Translations under genes and position numbers: made by a program
Source: Eledone cirrhosa
Taxonomy: Eukaryota
DNA length: 64,000 bases
Reading direction: 5' to 3'
NCBI GenBank assembly: GCA_964016885.1
Contig: OZ024747.1
Coordinates: 46,066,001-46,130,000 of the forward strand
In this document: piece after piece, positions 40,908 through 54,598 of the stretch
Layout: each line of letters begins with the position of its first letter
Numbering within the stretch: position 1 is the stretch's first letter
The notes under the pieces: model-generated
What the model saw: the letters and a program-made list of their open reading frames with translations, nothing else
Database searches by the model: none
What the model was told of the DNA's origin: nothing

Positions 40908-41818
40908 ACAATATGTTGAAAAGGTAACACACTAGAGAGAGATAGTGTGCCATCAATAAAACAGGGAAAAACCACCAGTGTATGGAATCAAATTAAAGTG
41001 TATATATACATACCTCTATAACTATAGTTATAGAGGTATGTATATACACTTTAATTTATATTTTTAATTACCGTGTGTCTACCCTGCCTTTCATATGTTA
41101 TAGATTCCATACACTGGTGGTTTTTCCCTGTTTTATTCATGGCGCACTATCTCTCTCTAGTGTGTTACCTTTTCAACATATTGTATTTTAAAGAGCTCAG
41201 GATTCTTTCTCCTTTGAGCACATTATTGACAGGGAATAGTGAGAGTCTATGGGTCCGTTAATTTATCGTGATATTTCGCTCCTTATAACAGTCTTTCCTC
41301 TCTCTCTCTCTCTCTGTTTGGTTGAGCACACTCCTCTGAGTGGTTTTGGGCTGCCCTTTCTAGCAGCTCGTCCTTCAGTCACCACTGGTTCCCTGCCCTA
41401 AACACGCTGTGACTTCTCTCTCCCACGTGTAGCTGGACAGTAGCTTTAAATTCTCTTAGAGTTGTCTGAAATATATAGCCTTACACACGCTAATGAACCA
41501 TGGGCTATTTTTTTCTGTCAACAACTTATTGGCGAAACAGATCTCTTTGGATTTGTACGTGTGTGTTATATAGCTATAGAGGTATGTATATACACTTTAA
41601 TTTATATTTTTAATTACCGTGTGTCTACCCTGCCTTTCATATGTTATAGATTCCATACAGTGATGGTTTTTCGATGTTTTATTGATGGCGCACTATCTCG
41701 CTGTAGTGTGTTACCTTTTCAACATATTGTATTTTAAAGAGCTCAGGATTCCTTCTCCTATGAGCACATTAATGACAGGGAATAGCGAGAGTCTATGGGT
41801 CCGTTAATGTATCGTGAT
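40908..41818 (+). mobile_element. Penelope-like architecture: inverted partial terminal repeat plus two direct ~245-bp repeats
   Basis: 41030-41273 is repeated at 41575-41818; 40908-41024 is a fold-back of the first repeat with an internal deletion; (TA)n flanks. Strand is inferred from geometry. Confidence 0.6.
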
Positions 41819-41946
41819 ATATATATATATAAATGATTCCAGTTCCTCGGATGAACAACACAACCAGAAGCTGGACATATCGATGTATTGACGGAGTAAA
41901 ACACACTTCAACAACTTGTGTACCTGTCTTTTCCACACCAATTCGG

Positions 41947-42001
41947 ACTGCCTGAAGAGGTCACAGCCAATGATGGCTGTCACCGAAATATATATAGCAG
42001 T
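41947..42001 (+). ncRNA. Minimal type I hammerhead ribozyme (H3), intact core
   Basis: ACTGC-CTGAAGA-GGTcACAGCCA-atga-TGGCTGTcACC-GAAA-TATATA-TA-GCAGT, inside a ~315-bp (TA)n-flanked unit (41831-42147). Confidence 0.9.
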
Positions 42002-42143
42002 AATTTTTAATTTATAATAAACGGAGGCAAATTTTACATATTTGACTTAATTATTTTACATTACTCCGGAGTAAACAAACCAACCTGCGTACTTCATCGA
42101 GTGCTCCAATCTGCATACTGAGGTGTCGGTAAACAACCAATAC

Positions 42144-42196
<53 letters not shown>

Positions 42197-42200
<4 letters not shown>

Positions 42201-42752
42201 ACTAGAAATTGATTGACACATATATATATCTAAAGTAAACACATGAAACAATCACAGGGGATAATTTGTAAAGTGTGTAAGCACACAGCTAGGTAGGTAA
42301 CTAATTAAAGCTTAACTAGAACTTCAAATATAGATACCTTTTAAAATGATTAATCTTCCTTGTATATATTTCATTAAAGAAATATATTTCACCATTAATC
42401 GGTAAATCACAGTAGTCAAATCTCGGATTATCAACAAGGGAGAAGGTTTAACTATCTGTGTTTACACAGCAAATGCAAATCTGCGAAAGATCCGTAGCAC
42501 GTGTTGCATTTTTTTTAAATACACACATCGTACCAGCGTCATCTCAGTGCCGTGACTATGATTATTGACAGCTAGAAATAGCAGCCGAGTCATTTCAACT
42601 GAGTTAGCTCTACAATTAAGGGGGCCGTATATATATCCAAAATTAAATTACGGGTGTTATGTCCGAGAGACATGCGCCATATCCACTGTAGAATAAGCTC
42701 AAAGATTCCAATGAATAGATCCGAGCATTTTATATCAACTAGAAATTGATTG

Positions 42753-42790
<38 letters not shown>

Positions 42791-42972
42791 AAAATAAACA
42801 CATGAAACAATCACAGGGGATAATTTGTAAAATGTGTAAGCACATACAACTAGGTAGGTAACTAATTAAAGTTTAACTAGAACTTCAAATATAGATACCT
42901 TTTAAAATGATTAATCTTCCTCGGATCTATTCATTGGAATCCTTCCTGGATATGACACCCTTAATTTAATTT

Positions 42973-42985
<13 letters not shown>
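42197..42985. mobile_element. (TA)n-flanked element with direct repeats and a short inverted tail (PLE-like)
   Basis: 42197-42360 is repeated at 42735-42921. 42922-42943 is the reverse complement of ~42702-42723, and ~42953-42980 of ~42630-42660. Confidence 0.55.
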
Positions 42986-43043
<58 letters not shown>

Positions 43044-43180
43044 GAGTTAAACAAGATTCAATGAGTACATCAAAGAATGAGTTTTACAGTAGATTGGAAG
43101 CACTCTACAGAAAATATTTTCCAGAGTTATTAATATTAATTCAAATATTAACAGAAATAGATATTCTTGTGATCAATTAA

Positions 43181-43245
43181 ATTTTATTATACATATTTCA
43201 GAGGTACTGAATTAAGTTCAACAGTACGTCCTCATCAGATAAAAT
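43181..43245 (-). ncRNA. Minimal type I hammerhead ribozyme (H4), intact core
   Basis: ATTTTAT-CTGATGA-GGAcGTACTG..CAGTACcTCT-GAAA-TATGTA-TA-ATAAAAT. Confidence 0.82.
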
Positions 43246-44214
43246 AAAATGATACATGACAAACCCTGACATGGTAGATCGTTAAGATTTAATCAAGGTA
43301 GTGATTAACTTATGAGAAAACTCAATATGTATACCCTAATATTGAGAACATGAGAAAACGTAATAGAATCAATAGAGAGAGTGTGTGAGTAATATATTTT
43401 AAGAAATACATTGCCTTACTGCAAGAGTTATAGAATTTTTAATATTTAAAATCCTACTATAGAACTATGCGGTAGAGGAAAGTATAGAGGAAGACGTAGC
43501 TGAAGTTATAACTTATTTAGTATTTAGCTTGAGAAGACAAATAACAGATCATTAAAGAGAGGGATAGACAAAGGGGAGTAATTTATGCTCAAATTTATTT
43601 ACACATATATAGTTTTGGCGGTTAATTTTCAAAATATTTAATTTATGTTCTTTCAGGGTAAAGAATCAAAATTTTCGGTTTTAAAAGTTGATGGGTATTT
43701 GTATTAATATTATAATATAATTATGTTAAATTTCTAAAATTCGAAATTTTATGAAGACAAATTTAAAGTATTTACGAAGCCCGCGAAACAAAGAAAATAT
43801 ACATATAATGTTCAATATTCCCACAAAGGTAATCTTTATCAAAATTACTTATAACACTGACAACATTTTCTATAATATAATTTATGAGATATTTACAGTT
43901 AAAACTATTAAAGAATCTATTGTTAAATAGTTATAGTGCCTAAAATATTAACAGGTCTTATAATTAAACCTGAAGACGTCAGAGTGTTCAGCTATATATA
44001 TGTGTATTGACTATAATTTAGTATTTGTTTATATATTATATTAAGTAAGTGATTATATAAGTTCGACCTTCCAGGGAAAACCGAACTATAATTTATTATT
44101 AGTTCATATATTATATTAAGTAAATGATTATATATATATAACAGATAGGTTGTGATAAAAACCAGGTTGACCATAACCCACCAAAGTACTCGATACATGG
44201 GGTAGTAGAGTGAA

Positions 44215-44540
44215 AAGATTCAGGATGTCATTGGTGCTTCTGTACTCCGATATTTTGTTACGGAACTGTTGGAATCAATTTTTTCTAGGTTTGAATTTTT
44301 CTCCCTTGACCAGGCTGAAAAGGTCGGTCTCAAATGGCGAGAGCAATGGGTTCGGTGTTAAATCCATACGTATCCTTAAAGTCGATGTCCTGTGTATCAT
44401 GGCATCTATCACAGAAGGCTCTCCATCTCAATCATTTCACGAAAGTGTCGATTTTCTGAGTGAGAGTCCTTAGGTAGAGTTTTCTCGGTGGAACTGGGAT
44501 GTTCTTCATCGAAAAATCGATGGTATGTTTGCGCATGGAG
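44215..44540 (-). pseudogene. Penelope-like element ORF N-terminus
   Basis: Manual translation [40 protein letters not shown]...YGF...FETDLFSLV matches the SxKNIPxP...KRMRWKA...YGF...FExDL pattern I recall from invertebrate PLE ORFs. Confidence 0.65.
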
Positions 44541-44708
44541 GGTACAAAAGACTAATTAGGAACAGGAACTTAGTTATTAGAGCCTGGATGGAAGTGTGGT
44601 ATGGGTCGAAAGTGCTCGATACTTGGGGTAGTAGAGTGGGTAATATGAAAAGATTCAGGACCCCATGAAACTTTATATATATATATATAAATATATATAC
44701 ATATACAT

Positions 44709-45113
<405 letters not shown>

Positions 45114-45719
45114 CACACATATATATATATATTGTCCTATCTAGATGTGTTTGGTTCTTGAATGCTTGTGATGGCTATGTATTTATTTGGTTTGTCTGCC
45201 TGAAGGTAATTATGTAGGTATGTGTCTGTGTATATGCCAGTATGGGATTTATATATGCATGGGTATTTGTATGAATATATGTAAGAATTTTAACGAGAGT
45301 CGGCTTACATGAGAAGAGACATTGGGATATATACATACAACTGATATAACTGAATGAAATCGCAACGAAACCGGCACCACCAAATTCTTGTTTTGCAATT
45401 TGTGATCGTATAAATTAGGAAAGCATGTAATTGGGCAAACATGCAGCGAAGCGAAACAAATTGAGGCTTTGATCTCTGTAACCAGTGATCCATACGTAAT
45501 GGTCACTATTTAAAAATATCGTTAGCATTGGATTTAAGTACTGTTTCGCCTATCTCTGACCACTCCCAGCCTCACACCTCATATTTCCCTGCTCGATTGG
45601 TACTATGTCTGAAACAGCTAACATAAAAGTGGACAGTGCAAGGAATAAGATTTCAACAATCTATGAGATGTGCACTCACATGAATGTACACAGTGAAACC
45701 ACACGTGTGTGTGTGTCAA

Positions 45720-45834
<115 letters not shown>

Positions 45835-45945
45835 AAATCATCATTTTCTATAGAAACTATTCAAGCTTAGATTTTACCAAACTGGTCATTCAGTATGCTC
45901 AGTTAAACACACACACTCACACGCGCACACAAATACACACTCCCC

Positions 45946-45980
<35 letters not shown>

Positions 45981-45996
45981 CCCCATATATATATAT

Positions 45997-46047
<51 letters not shown>

Positions 46048-46171
46048 TATATATATATATATACAATTAATATTAAAGAATAAATATACTTGACAACGTA
46101 TGTTAGACTACATGAGTGTATGAGTATGTATTTGTGTATATATATATTTAAATTAAATATGTAATTATTAC

Positions 46172-46225
<54 letters not shown>

Positions 46226-46230
46226 CAAAC

Positions 46231-46301
<71 letters not shown>

Positions 46302-46362
46302 GTGAGAGAGACAGATAGTTAGATAGATAGATAAATAGATAGATAGATAAATAGATAGATAA

Positions 46363-46423
46363 ATTTCTTTATTAACCACAAGGGTACAAAAGAAGGGGAC
46401 AAATACAAATGGGGAGTTTACAT
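46363..46423 (-). mobile_element. 60-bp 3' stub of a third Tx1-like family
   Basis: Minus strand TGTAAACTCCCCATTTGTATTTGTCCCC...ACCCTTGTGGTTAATAAAGAAAT between (GATA)n runs. Confidence 0.75.
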
Positions 46424-46737
46424 AAATAGATAGATAGATAGATAATATAGATAGATAGATAGATAGATAGATATGTTTCTTTTATTTGCCACTAGGGCAT
46501 CAAAAGTGGGACAAGTACAAAGGGGGGAGTTTACACAAAAAGGCGTCCTCAATAAGGAGGAGGCAATAACAAAATATAAAAATAAAATAAGATATAACAA
46601 AAAATAAAATTTATAACAAAATCCTCAATAGAGAGGAGGCGCCTTGGGGGGTCGCACACACCCCCGAAAAAAGTGTGCAACCCTTCTCCTCAGGAGCACA
46701 GAGAAGGGGTGCTCCCTTGGTCTTTCATCTTCCTCAC

Positions 46738-49700
46738 CTATAGTCTGATGTAGAGTGAAGGCCCATTCACACGGGCCATTCTCGCCACTTTCACCCATCT
46801 TTCATAGAAACGGCTGGGGTGCAGCACCTCTCTCTCCATCCTGATCCTTCTTCCGAAATGATAACGGAAGAAACGGACCAGTTGTTGGCCAGAGAGAAAG
46901 GTGCCTGACCTCAGTCCTTTCAGACGCGTCCACCATACAACCTCTTTCGCCATGGCTATTACGCACAGAAACACCGCCTCTGCTTCATCTTTGAAGGGGG
47001 GAGGCGGCTTGATCATTACAATAGACTCGGTGGTCAACCGGATCGGTCCCACCCTTGACAGCAGTTGTTCGACATAGCCCCACAGATCGGCTACGCCCGT
47101 GCAGTGTACCAATGCGTGTGCAACGGTTTCCTCGTCGCACACGCATCTGGGACAGATCTTTTTGACGGGGTCCCTACCCGGGCGCCCGTGTCTGTAGAGC
47201 CTTTCTCGAACGGGTAAAGCCCCTCGGTAGCACTGCCAGGCCAGGGACTTCTGGAAGTTGTCCATAGGTCCCGGGCTGAATGTCCTACCGAACAGGCTGG
47301 CCAGTTCGTCCTCCTCCATGTCTAGGGCTTCTCCGAGGGCGTCGTCGCACCTGCTGCGTACCAGCCCTCTATAGAATGTTGCGGTGGAGTCTCCACTGAT
47401 AACCGGATCCGCCTGTCAGAGGGCGGTGAGCGCCTGGGCACACTCAGTGTGCCAGGCGCCCAGTTTTCTCGGTCTTTGCTTGACCCAGGATTGCAGCTCG
47501 GTGAGTGAGACGAGTCTGGGAAAGGTTCGTCTCACAAACGAGGCCCACACCGGTTGTCCGGTGAGGAATACGTAGAGGTGCCGTAGCCTTAATGCGTGTT
47601 TACGCAGCATTAGCCACGGCATCCCCAGCCCTCCTTTCGAAGGGTGTTGACAGCAGATGGATCTCCTCACCATAGGAGCCCGCCTCTTCCAAAGGAATTG
47701 GAAGAGCGCGCGCTCCATCTTGGTGAGGGTTTCCCTTGGGCAGGGCACTACGGTCAGGCGGTAGTAGATGACGGACGCTATGTAGGTGTTCGCCACCTCC
47801 GCCCGACCTTTCAGGGATAGTTTGCAACTGGCCCACTTCTGGGTCAGTGCAAACACCCTGTTCGTAACCTCCGCCCAGTTTTTCTCCACCTGGAGGTCCG
47901 GTCCGAACCAGACCCCGAGCAACTTCACCGGGCCCTCCGTCCAGCGTCCGACGACGCCATCGGAGGGCATCGTTTTGCCCCTCCACGTGCCGAGTTGCAA
48001 ACCGATCGACTTGTCCCGGTTCAGCTTAGCCCCTGTGAACTTTTCGTACTCCTCCAGTAAGGTGCCGACCGCCTCGATTTCGGAGGCCGTCGACACCATT
48101 ACTGTCACGTCATCGGCGTAGGCCGACACCGCTTTCCGCAATCCCGGTTCCAAAGGGATGCCCTGCAACAACTCCAACTTCCGCAGTAGTGGCTCGAGAG
48201 TCAACACATACAGAAGGGAGGAGAGAGGGCACCCTTGTCGGATGGACCGCGCGATTTTGAACGGCTCCGAGAGGTAGCCGTTCACCTTGACCCTAGAGCA
48301 GATGCGGCTGCTGTGCATAGCAGTGATCCAGCCCCTGAAAACGGGTCCGAAGCCTGCCGCCGCTAGCACCGCATCCAGGTAACCATGGTCGACCCTATCG
48401 AACGCCTTAGATTGATCCAAGTTGATCAGAGCCCCACCAAAGCCGGGTTCGTTCCCAACCCTCTCTATGATGTATCGCATGAGGTGGAGGTTGTCATGGA
48501 TGGACCTGGACGGGATAGCGCATGTCTGCGCATCTCCCACCAGGTTGCCCACGACAAGCGCCAACCTCTTTGCTAGCACCTTGGCCAAAATCTGTAACTC
48601 TGTATTTAGCAGAGTTATGGGCCTGAAGTTACTTATTTCGTCCCCCTTGTTCTCGTCCTTCCTCACTAGCGTGACTACGCCCTTGGTCACAGTACAGGGA
48701 ATTCTCCCGTTCTGTTGCCAGTTGCAGTAGACCGCCTCGAGGAGATCGGGGAACAAGTCCGGCATAGCTAGATATAATTCGTAAGGAAGACCATCGAGAC
48801 CCGGGGATTTGCGTCTGCCGCATTGGCTCAGCACGTCCTCTATCTCAGCGGCCGAAATCGGCTCCTCGCAGGACTTCGCCTCCCTGTCCGAGAGGCGCGG
48901 CAGGCCGTCGAGGTATGGACCGAAGTCCACGTTCCCAACCGGCTCCCCGCCCCTCCCGAACAGTCGGGAAAAGTGCCTTTGAAAGGCCTCACACATCTGC
49001 TTAGGCTCAAGAATCGCTCGTCCATCCAGGTCTCGGAAAGACCGGATGGTGGATTTAGTTCCACTGTTGGCCTCTGTCACGCGGGCCCAGCTAACAGCTT
49101 TGGTCCCCTCGTTCCCTAGAGCACGTATTTTACTTCGGACAACGCAGCCTTCGTGCTTCGCGTCGAAAAACTGGCTCAAAGCCGTTCTCGACGCTAGCAC
49201 TCTGGCCACGTCGCCGCTTCTAATTGCCTCTTCTACTCTATCTATTAGCTCCCTTTCCTTCCTATTCCTATCCGCAGCTAGAACCTTACTAAATTCTATC
49301 GAGACTACTCTAATCTCTCTCTTTAGAGATACCCACCACCTGCTGTTGACGATCGCTCCAGTCAACCGTTCCTTAACTAACGTACTAATCCGATTCCTGT
49401 AGGCTCTACTTGCCGGCAAGGACAAGTTGAGCTTCCAGTAACCGGGGCCCTGTCTATGAGTTCTGTCAAGGTTGACCATGCAGATCACTAATTTGTGGTC
49501 CGAATAGCCAACCATGCGCATTTTTGGACAACTTAAAAAGTCCTTATCCTTAATTCTAACTAAGAACCTATCTAGGTACGACCTAGATGATCCGCTACGA
49601 TTTGCCCAAGTCCAGGTTGGCGCAGTCGGGAAATCTAGTCGATATCTATCGGCCAGGTCAAATCGACCGATTAACCCTTTGAGGCTATTACACCCCTCTC

Positions 49701-50175
49701 TATCGGGGCAGGCCCCTACGTAGTCCCAGCGTGCATCTAGGATACCATTCCAGTCCCCCACTAATAGCAAGGAGCGGGACGTCCCCAGAAAAGTCTCCAG
49801 ACGATGAAAGAAGTCCGGCCGCATTCACCCTAAAGGGCCGTAGGCGGCTACCAACCTAAACGCTCCGCCTTTACCACTGCCAAGGTCTAGAACCACTAGT
49901 CGACCCTCCGGGTCCAAATGTACCATCTGTGTTGCGAGACCCAGATGTTTTTGCAGCAGAACGACAACTCCACCTCCACCTCCGGGCTGACAGAGAGATG
50001 CGTGCATCTCAAAGTCATCAAAGGTGGGGGCCAGCTGTCGCACGTTGCTGATCCGGGCCTCGCAAATAACCATCACATCTATACGTTGTGACCTGAGGTC
50101 ATTTAGAAGCATTGCTTGCTTCCAAGTTGAGCCCAGGCCACGCGCATTTAAACAGCCTACTCTTAGCATAGCCAT
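46738..50175 (-). pseudogene. Tx1-B ORF2: APE endonuclease + RT + C-terminal Zn finger; one frame with two TGA stops
   Basis: LNARGL, E, AAYGP, VGDWN, SYLDR, SDH; RT LDQSKAFDRVDH, QGCPLS, YADD; CPRC..ETVAHALVHC. Stops at 49825-49827 and 47416-47418. Confidence 0.95.
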
Positions 50176-50199
50176 GTTGGTGGTGAAGAGAAAAGGCAC

Positions 50200-51988
50200 T
50201 TACCTCTCTGCGTCCCGGGTATCGGGCTGCACAATTTCCATTAGGGTGGGGGATGGGTTGTTGGGTGGGGTGGTGGTTTGTGGAAGTGTGGGGGCATCAG
50301 TGTGTTGTGTGGTTGGGGAGCTTGGAGTTGTGTGGGTGTTTGGGGAGGGGGTGGGATAGCTTTTTAGGAGGACGCGGTTAATGGGCCCGACGCAGGGGGG
50401 ACCCACGTCCTTTTTAAAATTGTTTTTTAAAGTTTTATAGGTGTCCTGTGGGGCCTTAATCATTTTGAGGTGGGGGAAATCCCCTGCCTGGGTGAAGTTA
50501 GGCCCTTGTGTTTTTATTAGATTGTTGTTGTACACAATGTTTAACAGTTTTTTGTTTCTTGTATTTATGTATGTGTATGCATGTTTTTGTTTTTGTGTGG
50601 TGTTTTTTGTTTGCTGTTGTTGTGAGCTCTTTTGTGTTGGTGTCAGTGTTATGTTTTGGGGAGGGGTTTTTTTCATTTGTGTGTCTGAGGTGTGTTTTCT
50701 TTTTTTTCTTTTGATTGTGTGGAAGTGCTCCTCCTCGTCTGACGACGAACTAGGGTCATCTTCCGCGTTGGAGGGGTATATTTTCGGGTTGTGTTTGCGG
50801 TACGGGTGTTTTGGAAATTGTTTTTGTTTTTTGAGTGGAGGGGATGGGTTGGACATTGTTTTGTTTTGGTTTGAGCTGTGGTGGTTGTTTTTGTAGTGGT
50901 AGTTGTGGTGATTGTGTTGGTTGTGCAGTTGTTGGTGGTGTAGGCAGGATTGGGGTTTTCTTATTAAGTTGGGGACAGACAGCCCTCAGGTGACCTCTGG
51001 TTCCGCAGAGGTAACACGAGGGCCGTCTACCCTCAACGGTAATGTTGATGAAGGTTAGATCATCCAGTATGACGCGTTCAGGGATCTGGGCGATCCTTTC
51101 GGGCCTCATTTGAACTACAAGTTCGAGGCTCGTTCCACTGAACGCGTCACCCGATGCCTTTCCCATGGACACCAGCATGTCATCCTCCAGGTCCAGAAAA
51201 CCTGTCAAAACCCACCATATGTCCATAATCGGCAGGATGGTGTGGATTTTTATTTTTTGTGTTCTTCTACCCATGTACGTAGGGTAGAAGGCGTATGCGG
51301 TGGATGCGATTGGTTTGATGGACAGTTTCACTGCTGTGTCCCTGTCCTTCATGAGAATGGATAGACTCCCGTAGAGTCTATCCTTCTGAATGAAGGTGAT
51401 GTCCTTCATGACGTCTTTTAAAACCAGCTCTATCTCGCTCTGTGATGGTTGAGCTGGTTTTTTACTTTTGTTCGAGATTGTCCTAAACATGACCGTGTTT
51501 AGGAGTCTCTGGCTTTTTAGTTCCGGGGGGGAATGGATTGTGAATGAACCATTTTCCCCGTACACTATATATTTTTTCGCATCCGCCAGTAGCTCCTTCG
51601 CTTTTGTTATATCTACTGGCAGATAGTCGAGGGTTTTCCTTGTCGTCTCGGCGAAGGAGAAATTTTGTTTGTTTGTGTTGTTGTTGTCGTTGGTGGTGTT
51701 GTTGTTATCATTGTTGTTGTTGTCACCGTTATTGGTCTTGTTGTTGTTGTTATTGTTATTGTTATTGGTGTTGTTTTCGTCCGTCGCATTGTTGTTGTTG
51801 TTGCTGTTGCTGCTGGTTCTTTGGGTTGTTGCCATGGCAACGTCAAGTTGTCGGTTAACAGGTGGAGAGAATTCTTCCTCTGGCTGACCTTTCTTCTTGA
51901 CCTCTGCTACTGTGACAGTGGCAGGGGGAAGCTGTAAGTTCATCTTCCCCTTTCCTCCTTCGAATTTTGGTGAAGAAGCTTCGGCCAT
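50200..51988 (-). pseudogene. Tx1-B ORF1 (gag-like, CX2CX4HX4C), one frameshift
   Basis: VEGRRPSCYLCGTRGHLRAVC; Asn-rich N-terminus; pieces 50756-51988 and 50200-50856. Confidence 0.88.
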
Positions 51989-52207
51989 TTAAAAAATATT
52001 GACTTTTCAACAAGAAAAACCTTTTTTTTTTGTTTAACTATTTCGCCTAAAGGCGTAGAATATTTTGAGAGACTGACCAGATCAAAGTTTGACCTGGCAG
52101 TCCCTCTACAAAATGGTACAAAAATTAAAGTTATCAGACAAGAATTTCTATAGAAATTTAAACAGAACTTACTCAGCAAGTTATACGCGTGTGTCCATCC
52201 CAGAGAT

Positions 52208-52250
<43 letters not shown>

Positions 52251-54598
52251 TATTTCTTTTATTTGCCACTAGGGCATCAAAAGTGGGACAAGTACAAAGG
52301 GGGGAGTTTACACAAAAAGGCGTCCTCAATAAGGAGGAGGCAATAACAAAATATAAAAATAAAATAAGATATAACAAAAAATAAAATTTTTAACAAAATC
52401 CTCAATAGAGAGGAGGCGCCTTGGGGGGTCGCACACACCCCCGAAAAAAGTGTGCAACCCTTCTCCTCAGGAGCACAGAGAAGGGGTGCTCCCTTGGTCT
52501 TTCATCTTCCTCACCTATAGTCTGATGTAGAGTGAAGGCCCATTCACACGGGCCATTCTCGCCACTTTCACCCATCTTTCATAGAAACGGCTGGGGTGCA
52601 GCACCTCTCTCTCCATCCTGATCCTTCTTCCGAAATGATATCGGAAGAAACGGACCAGTTGTTGGCCAGAGAGAAAGGTGCCCGACCTCAGTCCTTTCAG
52701 ACGCGTCCACCATACAACCTCTTTCGCCATGGCTATTACGCACAGAAACACCGCCTCTGCTTCATCTTTGAAGGGGGGAGGCGGCTTGATCATTACAATA
52801 GACTCGGTGGTCAACCGGATCGGTCCCACCCTTGACAGCAGTTGTTCGACATAGCCCCACAGATCGGATCTCCTCACCATAAGCAGATGGATCTCCTCAC
52901 CATAGGAGCCCGCCTCTTCCAAAGGAATTGGAAGAGCGCGCGCTCCATCTTGGTGAGGGTTTCCCTTGGGCAGGGCACTACGGTCAGGCGGTAGTAGATG
53001 ACGGACGCTATGTAGGTGTTCGCCACCTCCGCCCGACCTTTCAGGGATAGTTTGCAACTGGCCCACTTCTGGGTCAGTGCAAACACCCTGTTCGTAACCT
53101 CCGCCCAGTTTTTCTCCACCTGGAGGTCCGGTCCGAACCAGACCCCGAGCAACTTCACCGGGCCCTCCGTCCAGCGTCCGACGACGCCATCGGAGGGCAT
53201 CGTTTTGCCCCTCCACGTGCCGAGTTGCAAACCGATCGACTTGTCCCGGTTCAGCTTAGCCCCTGTGAACTTTTCGTACTCCTCCAGTAAGGTGCCGACC
53301 GCCTCGATTTCGGAGGCCGTCGACACCATTACTGTCACGTCATCGGCGTAGGCCGACACCGCTTTCCGCAATCCCGGTTCCAAAGGGATGCCCTGCAACA
53401 ACTCCAACTTCCGCAGTAGTGGCTCGAGAGTCAACACATACAGAAGGGAGGAGAGAGGGCACCCTTGTCGGATGGACCGCGCGATTTTGAACGGCTCCGA
53501 GAGGTAGCCGTTCACCTTGACCCTAGAGCAGATGCGGCTGCTGTGCATAGCAGTGATCCAGCCCCTGAAAACGGGTCCGAAGCCTGCCGCCGCTAGCACC
53601 GCATCCAGGTAACCATGGTCGACCCTATCGAACGCCTTAGATTGATCCAAGTTGATCAGAGCCCCACCAAAGCCGGGTTCGTTCCCAACCCTCTCTATGA
53701 TGTATCGCATGAGGTGGAGGTTGTCATGGATGGACCTGGACGGGATAGCGCATGTCTGCGCATCTCCCACCAGGTTGCCCACGACAAGCGCCAACCTCTT
53801 TGCTAGCACCTTGGCCAAAATCTGTAACTCTGTATTTAGCAGTGTTATGGGCCTGAAGTTACTTATTTCGTCCCCCTTGTTCTCGTCCTTCCTCACTAGC
53901 GTGACTACGCCCTTGGTCACAGTACAGGGAATTCTCCCGTTCTGTTGCCAGTTGCAGTAGACCGCCTCGAGGAGATCGGGGAACAAGTCCGGCATAGCTA
54001 GATATAATTCGTAAGGAAGACCATCGAGACCCGGGGATTTGCGTTTGCCGCATTGGCTCAGCACGTCCTCTATCTCAGCGGCCGAAATCGGCTCTTCGCA
54101 GGACTTCGCCTCCCTGTCCGAGAGGCGCGGCAGGCCGTCGAGGTATGGACCGAAGTCCACGTTCCCAACCGGCTCCCCGCCCCTCCCGAACAGTCGGGCA
54201 AAGTGCCTTTGAAAGGCCTCACACATCTGCTTAGGCTCAAGAATCGCCCGTCCATCCAGGTCTCGCAAAGACCGGATGGTGGATTTAGTTCCACTGTTGG
54301 CCTCTGTCACGCGGGCCCAGCTAACAGCTTTGGTCCCCTCGTTCCCTAGAGCACGTATTTTACTTCGGACAACGCAGCCTTCGTGCTTCGCGTCGAAAAA
54401 CTGGCTCAAAGCCGTTCTCGACGCTAGCACTCTGGCCACGTCGCCGCTTCTAATTGCCTCTTCTACTCTATCTATTAGCTCCCTTTCCTTCCTATTCCTA
54501 TCCGCAGCTAGAACCTTACTAAATTCTATCGAGACTACTCTAATCTCTCTCTTTAGAGATACCCACCACCTGCTGTTGACGATCGCTCCAGTCAACCG

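Larger units (their letters stand above)
46472..52204 (-). mobile_element. L1/Tx1-clade LINE family B, full length (~5.7 kb)
   Basis: 5'UTR, ORF1, ORF2 (APE, RT, Zn finger), 3'UTR with AATAAA; (GATA)n on both sides. Confidence 0.95.

Noticed and set aside
45604-45625. TATGT-CTGAAA-CAGC-TA-ACATA as a collapsed hammerhead
   Set aside because: No stem II and a non-palindromic stem III; too short to support.
47416-49827. Two in-frame TGA codons in Tx1-B ORF2 as A-to-I-recoded Trp or selenocysteine
   Set aside because: Neither position corresponds to an expected Trp or Cys (family A has Asp at the second). Ordinary nonsense mutations are simpler.
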